NCBI RefSeq assembly: GCF_016432865.1
Contig: NC_067403.1
Location: 196,912,001-196,976,000, forward strand
Origin: Antechinus flavipes
Lineage: Eukaryota
Length of the DNA stretch: 64,000 nucleotides
Reading direction: 5' to 3'
How positions within the stretch are numbered: the first letter of the stretch is position 1; each line of letters starts with the position of its first letter. Position numbers and translations under genes: made by a program. Under the pieces are notes generated by a model, which was not told the DNA's origin, did no database searches, and saw only the letters and a list, made by a program, of their open reading frames with translations. Of the stretch, positions 23,895-36,558 are shown piece after piece.

Positions 23895-24460
23895 TCACTA
23901 CTACTGCTGCTGCTGTTATTATTACTACCACTGTTACTACTGTTAGTACTGCTATTACTGCTACTACTGCTGCTGTACTATTACTAATGCTGCTTTTGCT
24001 CCTCCTCTTTCTCTTCTTCCTGCTCCTCTTCTTCTTCCTCCTCCTCCTCCTCCTCCTCCTTTTCTTCCCCCTTCCCCTTTCTTTCTGTTATTACAATTAC
24101 TACTACCACTGCTCTGTAATATTAGTANNNNNNNNNNNNNNNNNNNNNNNNNNNNNNNNNNNNNNNNNNNNNNNNNNNNNNNNNNNNNNNNNNNNNNNNN
24201 NNNNNNNNNNNNNNNNNNNNNNNNNNNNNNNNNNNNNNNNNNNNNNNNNNNNNNNNNNNNNNNNNNNNNNNNNNACTACTACTACTATTACTGCTACTAC
24301 TGCTCTGTACTATTACTAATGCTGCTTTTGCTCCTCCTCCTCTTCCTGCTCCTCCTCTTCCTCCTCTTCTTCCTTCTCCTCCTCCTGTTACTACTACTAC
24401 TGCTGCTACTATTGCTGCTGCTGCTGCTGCTATTGCAGATATTGCAGATTCTGCTGCCAT
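23895..24460. repeat. Compound trinucleotide tract (CTA/CTG/CTC/CTT) spanning gap 24128-24274
   Basis: Direct reading. The segment gtactattactaatgctgcttttgctcctcctc occurs on both sides of the gap. Confidence 0.9.
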
Positions 24461-25515
24461 TACCTTTCCAGGAGGTCCAACATCTATGATTGTTCTGGAC
24501 TAGAAAAGACTTTTTTTTTTAGAAAAAGAACCATTTGTCATTGTTACCTACCAAAACTACAACTTAAACAGCTTTTTGGCTAGCAGATTGTGGCTAAGCT
24601 CCCTCCATTGTTACCAGTCCACTCAAACTTCCTCATCTCCACATAAAAAGTGGACTAAGTGCCAACATCTGGCCTTTCTTATGCCAGATTCTTCTCAGAA
24701 AGTACATTCAAGGAGTGGGAAGATGGATTGTTTGCTTGGAGGGGGTTGGGAGGGAAGAGAAAGGGAGAGAGAAGATGGAGGGGCCTGTTTTTCCTCCGTA
24801 ATATTCAAAGTATTTAATAAAAGACCCGTGGTTATCATGTTCTCTGGGGCTTACCCAGATTCTTTCAAAGGGCTGAGGACCTTCCCAGCCCCAAATCTGA
24901 AAGAGCAGGTGGAAGATGAGTGCTGATTGCTTTGATAACTCCAGGGAAATCTCTCAAATACTGGCTGCCCCAGGGATCTTTGCTGGGAAGGATCACCCCC
25001 ATGGTGGTCCTGGTGAATGGGCACAGAATCTGCCTCAGGACTTTGGAAAGCTCCCTCCCTGCTTGGGGGTAGTAAAAGGAAAATAATGGCAAATAAGGGG
25101 AGTGTATTCCTCTTGAGAAAATGCAGGAGGGAAGGACTGGAGGCCCCAGAGTTATACAAATGTCGTAACTGTTTGCAAATAATTAACCATAATATAGTAT
25201 TGATTTCTAGAGTAGATTACTTCTCTCTCCATCTCTGCTAACCACTTCAGAGGAGAAACACCAAGAGTTGGGATTCTCTCAATACTAAACCCCATTCCCA
25301 ACACTTGCAAGCTGTGCGATCACGTGAAACCTTCTGTAATGGGAATAATAATTCTGGCACTATTTTCTTGATAAGCTTCTTGTGAGGCCTGCAGCTAAAC
25401 AATAATGCAGTTAGGATAGTCCATTAATAGTTCAGTGTCATCTTGGAATGGGGTTATAGAACCTAGGAGTGAGAGGGATTTGCTAAGAGGGAAAGAAAAA
25501 GAACCATTTGTCATT

Positions 25516-25818
25516 NNNNNNNNNNNNNNNNNNNNNNNNNNNNNNNNNNNNNNNNNNNNNNNNNNNNNNNNNNNNNNNNNNNNNNNNNNNNNNNNNNNNN
25601 NNNNNNNNNNNNNNNNNNNNNNNNNNNNNNNNNNNNNNNNNNNNNNNNNNNNNNNNNNNNNNNNNNNNNNNNNNNNNNNNNNNNNNNNNNNNNNNNNNNN
25701 NNNNNNNNNNNNNNNNNNNNNNNNNNNNNNNNNNNNNNNNNNNNNNNNNNNNNNNNNNNNNNNNNNNNNNNNNNNNNNNNNNNNNNNNNNNNNNNNNNNN
25801 NNNNNNNNNNNNNNNNNN
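25516..25818. other. Assembly gap
   Basis: N run. Confidence 0.99.
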
Positions 25819-26450
25819 TTTTCCAATTGCATGTAAAGAATAGTTTTCAACATTCACTTTTATAAGATTTCAAGATCTCAATTTCTCTCTCTCTCTTTCC
25901 CTTTTCTCTCACTTCCCCAAGACAACAAGCAATCTGATATAGGTTATATATGTACAATCATTTTTAGCATATTTCCATATTAGTCATGATGTGAAAGAAA
26001 AGTCAGAACCAAAGGAGGGGGAGGGGAAGATGCATTTAGTATGCTTTGATCTGCCTTCAATCTCCATAGTTCTCTCTCTGGATGCAGATGGCAGTTTCTA
26101 TCCAAAATCTATTGGAATTATCTTGGATCAATATAATACAAAGAAGATCTAATTTTATCATAATTGATCATCACATAATCTTACTATTATGTATAATGGT
26201 TCTGCTCACTATACTTAGCATTAATTTATGTAAATCTTTCCAGGCTTTTCTGAAATCAACCTGCTCATCATTTCTTATAGAATAAAAATATTCCATTACA
26301 TTCATATATCACAGCTTATTCAGCCATTCCCCAATTTATGGGAATCCACTCAATTTCCAATCCCTTGACACCACAAAAAGCACCACTAAATACATTTTTG
26401 CACACATGAGTTCTTTATCCTCTTTCATGATCTCTTTGGGATACTGACCT
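25819..26450 (-). mobile_element. L1 3' fragment
   Basis: ttttccaattgcatgtaaaga... through ttattcagccattccccaat. Confidence 0.88.
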
Positions 26451-26459
26451 AGTGCTCCT

Positions 26460-26700
26460 ATATATTTTGTTTTATGTATTTAAAATCATTATTCTCAAAA
26501 AAGTTGTTTTCTCAGAAAAATATTTTTAATGCATAAAACAAAATAGATAAAAATTTAAAAGTTTCAAAAACTGCATTTTCACATAACTGCTTGTCTTTGT
26601 ATTTTTGTACAAAGACAACCAATTTGATGGAAATGCAATTTTCAAAACTTATTTTTAAACACAAGTTCACTTGCTCCAGATTAAGAACTGTTCCACATAG
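26460..26700. mobile_element. MER3-like hAT MITE remnant with an internal palindrome
   Basis: ctcagaaaaatatttttaatgcataaaacaaaat...aaccaatttgatggaaat...ttaagaac, preceded by an inverted copy of its start. Confidence 0.5.
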
Positions 26701-28169
26701 AGCAAAATGCTACCTTAGACACTCTCTTCCAAGGTTTCTCTGATGCCTATATTAAACGACTACAAGATTCATTCAAAGATACAATGATAGCAACAACTGC
26801 ATTTTTAGAATCTGATTACCAAATACAAAGTAAGGAGGTACATGTACAAAAAACTCTTGCCAAATGAATGATCCTCCATAGTAAATGATGTAAGATTTCA
26901 GAAGAAGCAGCAGTCACTGTTAGTGGGATGGTTGAGGAAAATTTCACAGGAGTGAATGGAGCTGAGATGATTCTTTAGCAGGAATGAACTAGTCATCATT
27001 TAATTAACTACTTATTCTTTCAGAAGATCATAGACTTAGAGTTGGGAGATGTCTTTGAGGTAAACTCCTCCAACTCCTTCATTTGACAGATGGGGAAATT
27101 GTGTTTCAGAAAAAGTAAATGACTTGTCCACTGTCACTTGGGGAATTTCAGAGGTGAGATTTGAACCCTGATCTGACTTTAAACTCAAGGTTGTTTTCAT
27201 TTTTTCTAGTTCACAGGAGTGTAGAGAAGAGACCCTTTCTTGAGACCTTAGAATGGGAGAATTGTTATAATACATAATAACATTGTTATAATACATAATA
27301 ATAAATGATGCTACATTTTCATATATTGCACACAATAGAAAAGTATTCTCAGCAATTTATCATGGCCGTATCTGTCTTCCATGGGCATTCATGTATATAT
27401 TGCAAACATCATCCATAGCTTAAGAGAAGCCGAGGGAAGCAATAGCCCCGAAGCTTGTCGGAGTCCCAGTTTGCCGCCAGGCTACCCTGATTTTAGGCAT
27501 AGTTCAGCACCTTCAAAAATCAAACACATTTTAACAAGTTTTCTCTGATGTCCTAATGTGAGGCTTTATAGCTTAGCCCCAATTTCCCCAGAAAATAAAG
27601 GATATAATTTCACCTTTCGTTCAACAACAGATGCAGCCTCTCTCCTCTTGGGGCATCCTTCCTCCTCCCACAGGAATCAGGAAGCCGACGTGATTAGGAA
27701 GATTTATGGGCCTTGATTCCAGAAGTTTGTTTTGCTTCTTTAGCTGTACAATTCAGTGGCCCTGAAAATTCTGTATATCATTCAGCTGACTTGTTTATGT
27801 GTCTGTGCTAAAGTCCTTTGACATCAGGACTCAATGTTCATATCTAGTTAAGGTTAGTTCTGCTTACACTGATGTCAGACTGCTTCTCAGAATTTCAGTC
27901 ACAGGGTCATCGAATTGGAAGGGATCTTAGAAATCATCTGATTCCATTTTCTCTTCAATTTGATAGAGGAAAAAAAACGAGAAATACACAGGTTAGGTGC
28001 CTGAGGCCATCCAGGGAGTGACAGTATCAAAATTTGAATCCGGGTCCTCTAAATTATAATCTACAGCACCAAACTTCCTTCAAAGGGGACTCTGATACAT
28101 CTACTAGAGTCATTTTCTTCCCATGTTTTTGTCCACTTAAGTCCTCCCAGGAATTATGATTAGAATATA

Positions 28170-28830
28170 AGACATTCTGGTGTCATTGTTTGTACCCAGT
28201 TTGTACTTGTTTGTACTTTGTACCCAAGCTGTGGATTGGGTGTCTGATCCTTTGGTTTTAAGAATAACTCTATGGGCAGTTACTGTACTTCTTAAGCCCC
28301 CACTGGTGTACCTCCATTAACAATCAGCCAGAGTGATGAATTGAACCAGCTACACCCAGGGAAAGAACTCTGGGAGATGACTATGAATCACTACATAGAA
28401 TCCCATTCCCTCTATTTTTGTCCGCCTGCATTTTTGATTTCCTTCACAGATTAATTGTGTACTGTTTCAAAGTCCGATTCTTTTTGTGCAGCAAAATAAC
28501 TGTTAGGACATATATACTTATATTGTATTTAACTTATACTTTAACATATTTAACATATATTGGTCAACTTGCTATCTGAGGAAGGGAGTGGAGGGAAGGA
28601 GGGGAAAAATTGGAACAAAAGGTTTTGGAACTGTCAATGCTGAAAAATTACCCATGCATATATCTTGTAAATAAAAAGCTATAATATAATTTAAAAAGAC
28701 TATAATACACACACACACAATCAGCCAGGTGCCTTAATTAGCTTTAGCAGAGATATTTACTAACTAGGTACAAAATAGCTGGTCCCAAATATTTCCCCTA
28801 TAGATTTCCCCACCATGGACAAAACAAGAC
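28170..28830. mobile_element. Possible degraded LTR hosting the L1 at 28332
   Basis: LTR-like composition (aattagctttagcagagatatttactaactaggtacaaaa); termini not resolved. Confidence 0.3.
28332..28716 (+). mobile_element. Young-type L1 3' end with 12-bp TSD and (CA)n tail
   Basis: TSD acaatcagccag at 28320-28331 and 28717-28728; aaataaaaagctataat terminus. Confidence 0.92.
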
Positions 28831-29689
28831 TCCAATTTGGAGTACACTATCACATTTGGATTTCATACATGGCCAAGAGTAATTCAAAGCTCACAACTCC
28901 TGGTATTGGAAATTCATTTTGTTTGTCATGATGTTCCCCTTAATGTTGGGTGGGTCACTCAATTGAGTTCTCAGGGTCTGTTCTTTTCATGATAGAAAGA
29001 TAATGTTCTTCTTTTTTTTAAGCAACACATTTCTTGAAGCTGTTTCCTTTGCAGTTTCTCCATATTCGTGTCTATCTTATTTATTTCTCTGTTCTCAGTT
29101 GAATGCACAATCCTATAGATCTAGTCTCTGATAGTGATAGGAAGGAAAGAAAGAACTCTTTCATTCCCCAACCCTTTTCTAGCACCAATTCTCAAAGTGA
29201 ACTCTTTAAATTCCTCCAGTTACTTTAAACCCTCAGTGACATTGTCTGCCAATCATTCTGTACAACTAATTCCTTTTTGTCCCAATCAAAGAGGTTCATG
29301 CCTCATAAAGGGACCATAGGGCTTGAAACTATCTTTTTTACATATTAAATTTGACCATTGTTATGCTTAACACCTTGCAATTATGGAGACAGGGATGTAA
29401 CCCCATGCCTTACAAAGGGACTACACAGAGAAAGAGTGTGATATAGTGACATGAACCCTGAAGGCCCTGGTCTTAGCATGAGAATATTTCAGTTTGAATC
29501 TGAGCTCTATGACAGGCTTATATGACAAGTCCCTTTGTCTTCCCAAGTCTCAGTTTTCTCATCTGAAAAATGGATGTAATATCAGACTTAGCTAACTCAC
29601 AGGGTTGTTGTATAGAGAGAATGGATAAGAATCAGTAAATTGTTCCAAGTCTATAAGGTCTCGAAAGGGGACAGTGCTAATGCTAGGAT

Positions 29690-30760
29690 TTCATTAGAAA
29701 TCAATCCTAATGACTATGCCCCAAAGAAGATAAAACTGTGTATACTCTTTGATCCAATAGTCTCACTACTGGGTCTGTATGCCAAAGAAACCATAAAAGA
29801 GGGAAAAGGACCCTCATTTACAAAAATGTTTGTAGCAGTTCTTTTTGTAATGGTGAGGAACTGGAAATTGAGTGAATACCCATCAGCTGGGGAATGGCTA
29901 AATAAGATATGATATATGAATGTAATAGAATATTATTATTCATATGAAATGATGAGCAGGCTGATTTCAGAAAAGACTTACATGAACTGATGTTAAGTGA
30001 AGTGAGCAGAACCAGGAGAACATTGGACATAGTAATAACAAGATTATGATGATCAACTATGATGGACTTGACTTTTCTCAAGTATGTGGTGATCCAAGAC
30101 AATTTCAATAGACTTGGGATAGAAAATGCCATCTGCATCCAGAAAGGGAACTATGGAGACTGAATGTGAATCAAAGCATAGGATTTTCACCTTTTGGTGT
30201 TTTTTTTCTTTCTTTCTCATGTTTTTTCCTCTTTTGTATTGATTTTTCTTGCACAATATGACTAATATGGAAATGTTTCCAATGATTGTACATGTGTAAC
30301 CTATATCCCTGTTTTGAGAAGGGAAAACGTAAGGGAGAGAGAGAAAAAAAATTTGGAACTAAAAATCTTAGAAAAATAAATATCAATAACATTCTCACTC
30401 TTTTTGTTGTTCATTTGCATTTTGTTTTCTTTTTGATTTGATCTTTCTTGTGCAGCAAGATAACTGTAAAAATATTTTTACACATATTGGATTTAACATA
30501 TATTTTAACATGTATAACATATATTGGATTACTTACCATCTAGGGGAGGAGATGAGGGCAGGAGGGGAAAATTTGGAACACAAAGCTATGTAAGAATCAA
30601 TGTTGAAAAATTATCCGTGCATATGTTTTGAAAATAAAAAGCTTTGATAATACCAAAAAAGATGGAAAAAAGAAAAATAAATGTTGAAAACTATTTTTAC
30701 ATATAATTGGAAAATTAATGTTGAAAATACTATTGAAATTTTTAAAAAAAGTCATTCCTA
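29690..30760 (+). mobile_element. L1 3' fragment (host)
   Basis: ORF2-end remnant (ORF 29640-29912) plus 3' UTR. Confidence 0.88.
30382..30670 (+). mobile_element. L1 3' end nested in the same orientation, 12-bp TSD
   Basis: TSD agaaaaataaat at 30370-30381 and 30671-30682; the host resumes with gttgaaaactattt. Confidence 0.8.
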
Positions 30761-30779
30761 ATGCTGTTTTGTGCCTACA

Positions 30780-30940
30780 GTTCAGAGGAACTTAACTTGG
30801 AGTCCAAGAATTTATCTTTTTAAAATATTGTGATAGCTCTTTATCGTTGGTTTCTTTGGCTATCCTATGAATTTAATTTTATACACTTAAAACCATATTC
30901 TAAAAGGATCCAGGGCTTCACCAGCCTGCCAAACTGGCAG
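30780..30940. mobile_element. MER3-like remnant
   Basis: taaaaccatattctaaaaggatccagggcttcaccagcctgccaaa. Confidence 0.45.
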
Positions 30941-32139
30941 ATAGATTTCTGTAAAATAGAATGGACTTGTCCTTGGCAATAGCACCATGGAACTTCTACA
31001 TATACACACACCCCAAACATAAAAATAACTTTTGAGTGTCATGACCTGGGAGCCCAGAGTTTTTATTCCATAAGGGTAGGGAGTTTCCTGGTTGAGACCA
31101 TGTGCTGGTCTGTGGTGATGGCCCTGTCCGGGAAGAGTCAAATGACCTTTTCCAGCTCTATTACCACAATCATTCGCTCAATGCAGAGAGGTCCCTTTGT
31201 TTCATAGAAGGCAAAGTGGGAGCCCAACAGGAAGTGGAGCTGTGGAAAGGCTGAGCCCATGGAACCCTGGCTGCCTGTCCCAGGCAGACACATTCAAACC
31301 AAGGATGGTCACTGGAGCTAAGACGGCCTAGCCTTCTTTGCTCCTTTTACTCTCTCCGTGGCTGCTCAGTTTGATCATGTGTGGAATGGAGGAGAACAGA
31401 ATCTAGGGCGAATGGAAGCATCTTTATTTTTATCTCATTTTATTTTTTTGCTGAAGCAATTGGGGATAAGTGACTTACTCAGGGTCACACAGCAAGCGAA
31501 GCACCCTTATTGAAACATCCCCCCTTCACTTACAAGAATGCACATATTTACTCCTTACTCCCCCAGTCACCTTACATCCCTCACCCCCCACATAAAACAT
31601 CACCTCCACATGTCCATCACCCCCCCACATCTCGTACCTCTTTTACACTATATATACCCCTCCTAGCACACACTTCAATCTGGATGGGGAAGGCTCTTAA
31701 ACCCACAATCGCTCTGGCTCTCATTGATTGGCCAACAGTAGTTCCTTGGCTGAGCCCAACTTGATCATTGTTGGACCCCGATTGGCTCAGGAATGTGAAG
31801 ACTCTAAGATTTGCTTAAAGAGAAGTTTGGGTGGTTACAAGAGCTACCAACAGTCCCAACAATTCCACCAGTGTGGGGTTCTGATACACCATATGCTGAC
31901 ATATCCTGGCTGTGTGACTCTGGGCAAGTCATTTCACACTTCAGACCATCAATGGCAGGGGAGAAGCAAGTCGGCAAAGTGAGAGGAACTTTTCTTACCT
32001 GGGAGTTCTTTGCCAGTGAAATCAAAGCTCCCCTGACAATTCTATAACATCTATAGTCTATGGAGGCTTCCCTCAGAAAACAAAATCCCAAAGCAATAGT
32101 GCAAATACTATTCCCCTTTTTCACAGATTCAGACATAGG

Positions 32140-32740
32140 TTCAATTCAATTCAATAAACTTTTATTTTTTTATTAAAGCTTTTTATTTACGAAACACACG
32201 CAAGGGTACTTTTTTTTTTTTAGCATTGACCTTTGCAAAACCTGTCCCAAATTTTCCCCTCCTTCCCCCCACTCCCTCCTCCAATATATGTTAAATATGT
32301 TAAAATATATAATAAACACTTATTAAAAGCCTATTATGTGCCTTGCAAGCACTGTGCTAATCTCTGGGGACACAGAGAGGTAAAAGACAGTTTCTGTCCT
32401 TCCTATCTAATGAGGGAGACAACGTGCAAACAAATAACATAGGAAGCAAGCTCTGTGCAGTTTAAAGAAGAAATAATTAAGAGACGGAAACATTGGAATT
32501 AAGGGGTTAGGATAGGTTTCCTGTAAAAAGTGAGATTGAGTTGAGTTAAATGAAGTTTAGGAGGGAGAATATTCTAGGCATGGGAGACAGCTGGAGAAAA
32601 TGCCCAAAGCTAGGAGATAAAGCATTCTGTTGGCTAACAGCCAGGAGGCCAGTCACTGGAGTATGTGGGGAGTAAGGTGTAAGAAAACTGGAAAGGTGGG
32701 AAGGGACAAGGTTGTAAAAGGCTTTGAATGTCAGGTTAAG
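32140..32740 (-). mobile_element. L2 with a short antisense L1 3' end inserted at about 32160-32310
   Basis: ttcaattcaattcaataaac resumes as aataaacacttattaaaagcc (TSD aataaac); the L2 body follows. Confidence 0.75.
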
Positions 32741-34017
32741 TGGCTTGCCAGATATTGCCAGAATCAAGGTCTTTTTGAATGCAAGATCAGCACTCCTTCC
32801 AAGCCAACATCCTGCTTTCTAACAATAGGACATATAACTAATAACAGTGAATTATAATACTACTTTACTTTTGTATATGGGGCACAGGATAGGGAATATT
32901 ACCTTTGTTTTCCAGATGATAAACCTGGAATTTTGTGACTTGCCTTAAGCCATAGAGCCACTCTGTCTGGGATTGAGAAAAAACTAGAACAGGTCTTCTG
33001 ACTTCTAATTCAAATATCTTCCCACTGCCTTATGAAGATAAGAAATTCCTAGGCCAGGGATATGGCTAATACCTGTGTTGGGTTTTTCCAGGGCAATACT
33101 GGTTTATAGGAAAAAAAGAGTGACTTGCCCAAGCTAATACAGAGATTTGGTGTTGGGGAAGGAACATTGGACTAGGAATCTGGAAACCCTGGTTCCCAAT
33201 CTAGTTATGCAGTTAATTAGCCACTGGTTCTTGGACAAGTCACTTCACCGAATTTGAATTTCCTCTTTTGTTAAAAAAAAAAAAAAAAAAAAAAAAGGAA
33301 TAGGTTGGGATGGATGACCTTTACATTCCTTCCTAGTTTGGGCTGAGATAAGTCCTAGTCCTCTCACTGCCTCCGGAAAACACAAAAGCTTAGTCCTTCA
33401 CATGGCTCTTGAGATAATGTTCCTCATGCACGGATCTTGATGTCATTCCCCCCATGCGCAAAAAGTAGGATCATCTGAATCTATGTTGTGATCTCTAGAC
33501 CTTAAAATTTACCCCAATATCAAGTCATCCCCTGCTGAGAAACAATAGATTGTGGAAGGGAGAGAGGTAAGCCCAGATTGAAGTGCAAAGATCTTGTATC
33601 ATAAATTATATCAGAACAAATCAGAAATATCAATTGCTGCCTCTCCCCCCAACACACACATATTTCAAGACAGATGATGCTGACAAGGCAGGCAAACCAT
33701 CAGTACAGGGGAAATGAACTGGAGATGGGATATTTTTATTATGTTCCAACTCGACATTTTTGCAAAACTGGAAACAGGTCTCACCAGTAAAAAGCAAAGA
33801 TTATTTTTAACAGTATTTTATTTTATTTTTCCAAATATATGCAAAGATAGCTCTTAATATTCACCTTTGCAAATCTTATGTTCCAAATTTTCCTCTCTCT
33901 TCTGTCTCTTCCCCCTCCCCAAGACAGCAAACAATCCAATGTAGATTAAACATGTGCAGTTCTTCTAAACATATTTCCATGTTAGTCATGTTGCACACAA
34001 AAAAGTCAGATCATAAA

Positions 34018-34482
34018 CTAATGTTAAGTGAAGTGAGTAGAACCAAGAGAACACTGTATAGAGTAACAACAAGATTATGGGATGATGATCAACTGTGAAA
34101 GACGTGGCTCTTTTCAACAATGAGGTGATTCAGACCAATTCCAATAAATTTGTGAAGGAGAGAGCCATCTGTACCCAGAGAGAGGATGATGATGGGGACT
34201 CCAATGTGGATGGAAACAGTATTTTCACCTTCTTTATTGTTATTTGCTTGCTTTTTTATTTTCTCATTTTTTTCTTTTTAATCTGATTTTTCTTCTGCAG
34301 CATGATGAATATGGAAATATTTTTAGAAGAATTGCACATATTTAACTTGTATTGCTTGCTGTCTAGAGGAGGGGGGAAGAGAGAGAAGAGAAATAAATTT
34401 GGAGCATAAGGTTTTGTAAGAGTGAATGTTGAAAAGTATCTTTGCATATATTTTGAAAATAAAAGGCTATTAATTTTAAAAA
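34018..34482 (+). mobile_element. L1 3' end nested antisense to its host, 12-bp TSD
   Basis: TSD tcagatcataaa at 34006-34017 and 34483-34494. Confidence 0.9.
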
Positions 34483-34812
34483 TCAGATCATAAAGAAAAA
34501 TACAAGAAAGGAAAAAAAAACAAGCAAACAAACAACAAAAAGATGAAAATACTATGCTTTGATCCATATTCAGTCTCCATAATTCTTTCTTTGGATGTGG
34601 ATGGCACTTCCTATGTCAAGTTTATTGGAATTACTTTGAATCACCTCATTGTTGAAAAGAGCCAAGTCCACTCAGTTGATCATCACATAATTTTGTTTTT
34701 ACTGTGTATAATGTTCTCTTTGTTCTACTCACTTTACCCAGCATCAATTCGTGTAGCTCTCTCCAGGCCTCTCTGAATTCATTCTGTTGATCATTTTTAA
34801 TAGAACAATAAT

Positions 34813-35295
34813 TGGAGAGGGCCACAGATAGTGGGGGAACTCTGGGCAAGGTATAAGACCTTTTAGCCCAGAGGAAACCCTCTGACAATATCTAGTTTGG
34901 CTCTCCATTTCCTTTGGTGTTTACAACTTTTCCTGAGAAGTCAAAGAGGATGTAACCACTTATGTTCTACTTGAAGCAAGGATACTTACAGCAGGGTGTT
35001 TACTCACTGTGATTGATGAGATAATAGTTCTCTAGTTCGAATGTACTTAGTATGGTGTAGTGATGTAATGGTACTATAGTTAGCACATGCTCAGTGTGCT
35101 GTAGTGATGTAATCACACTAAGATATTTAAAGGCTTAGAGGATTGGAGAGGAGAGAGTTCCTGCTCATCTCAGACTCAAAGACTCCAGACTCCATCCTTG
35201 ATTAGCCTCATTGTGGCTTTCCTGCCTTCATCACTTCTCTACCTAAGACCAAGGTCCGTCCAGAGATCCTCCAGAGAGCTAGCCCAGACACTACA
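34813..35295 (+). mobile_element. Solo LTR, 483 bp, 6-bp TSD
   Basis: TG...CA termini; TSD aataat at 34807-34812 and 35296-35301; internal direct repeat tgtagtgatgtaat; TATA-like gatatttaaagg at about 35122. Orientation is inferred. Confidence 0.85.
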
Positions 35296-36422
35296 AATAA
35301 TATTCCATAACGTTCATATAACCTAACATATTCAATCATTCCCCAACAGATGGGCATCCACTCAGTTTCTAGTTTCTTGCCACCACAAAAAGGGCTGCCA
35401 CAAACATTTTTGCACATGTGGGTTCCTTTCCCTTTTTATGATCTCTTTGGGATACAAGCCCAGTAGGAACACTGTTGAATCAAAGAGTATGCACAGTTTT
35501 AAAGCCCTTTAGACATAGTTCCAAATTGCTTTCCAGAAAATACAAGAACTTCACTAACTTCACTAACAACGTATCAGTGTCCCAATTTTCCCACATCCCC
35601 TCCAACATTTATCATTATCTTTTCCTGTCATCTTAACCAATTTGAGATGTATAAAGTGGTGCTTCAGAGGTGTCTTAATTTGTATTTCTCAAATCACTAG
35701 TGATTTAGAGCATTTTTTCATATGATTTACAATGGCTTTGATTTCTTCATCTGAAAATTGTCTGTTTATATCCTTATTATTATTGCTTATGTTATTATAA
35801 ACTTGAGTGAATTCTCTACATATTTTAGAAATTAGGCCTTTATTTTCTGAAACACTAGTTGTAAAAATCCCTCCCCCTCAGATTTCTGCTTCCTTTCTAA
35901 TCTTGGCTGCATTGTTTTGTTTGTACAAAAACTTTTAAATTTGATATAATCAAAATTACCCATTTTGCATTTCATAATGTTCTCTAGTTCTTTGGCTACA
36001 AATCCCAACCTTTTCTACAGATTTGGGAGGTAAATCCCTTGTTTTCCTAATTTGCTCATAGTTATCACCCTTTTATATCTAAATCATGAACTCATTTTGA
36101 CCTTACCTTGAGTCAGGGGGTTAAATGTTGGTCAGTGTTTAGTTTCTGCCATACTATTTTCCAGTTTTCCCAGCAATTTTTGTCAAATACTGAATTCTTA
36201 TTCTAGAAGCTAAAGTCTTTGGGTTTAGCAAACACTAAATTAGTACTGTCATTGACTATTATATCTTGTAAACCTAACCTATTACACTGAGTGGATCCAG
36301 TAGTAGATCCACTATTCTATTTCTTAGCCAGTACCACTGCTTTATAATATAGTTTTAGGTCTGGTACAGCTAGGCTACCTTCCTTTGCATTTTTTCCCCC
36401 CATTAATTTACAAGCATTACTT

Positions 36423-36558
36423 TTTTCCCCTCTGAGGCAATTGAGGTTAAGGGACTTGCCCAGGGTTACAGCTAGACAGTGATCAGATTTGAACTCAGGT
36501 CCTCCTAACTTAGGCTGATAGGGCTGGTGCTCTATCCATCGCCCCACTTAGCTGCCCC
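36423..36558 (-). mobile_element. WSINE1-type SINE
   Basis: Antisense head/B-box/core. TSD acaagcattactt / acaagggttactt (36410-36422, 36559-36571). Confidence 0.85.

Larger units (their letters stand above)
33810..36410 (-). mobile_element. Host L1 (3' end plus ORF2 remnant) carrying nested insertions
   Basis: Continuous antisense L1 once 34018-34494 and 34813-35301 are removed; internal deletion near 35540. Confidence 0.9.

Noticed and set aside
23802-24460. Poly-Leu and poly-Ala/Gly ORFs
   Set aside because: Translations of trinucleotide microsatellites.
29640-30398. Cluster of ORFs of 67-106 aa (similar ones at 6715, 34543, 52969, 59840)
   Set aside because: All lie within L1 ORF2-end or 3' UTR remnants.
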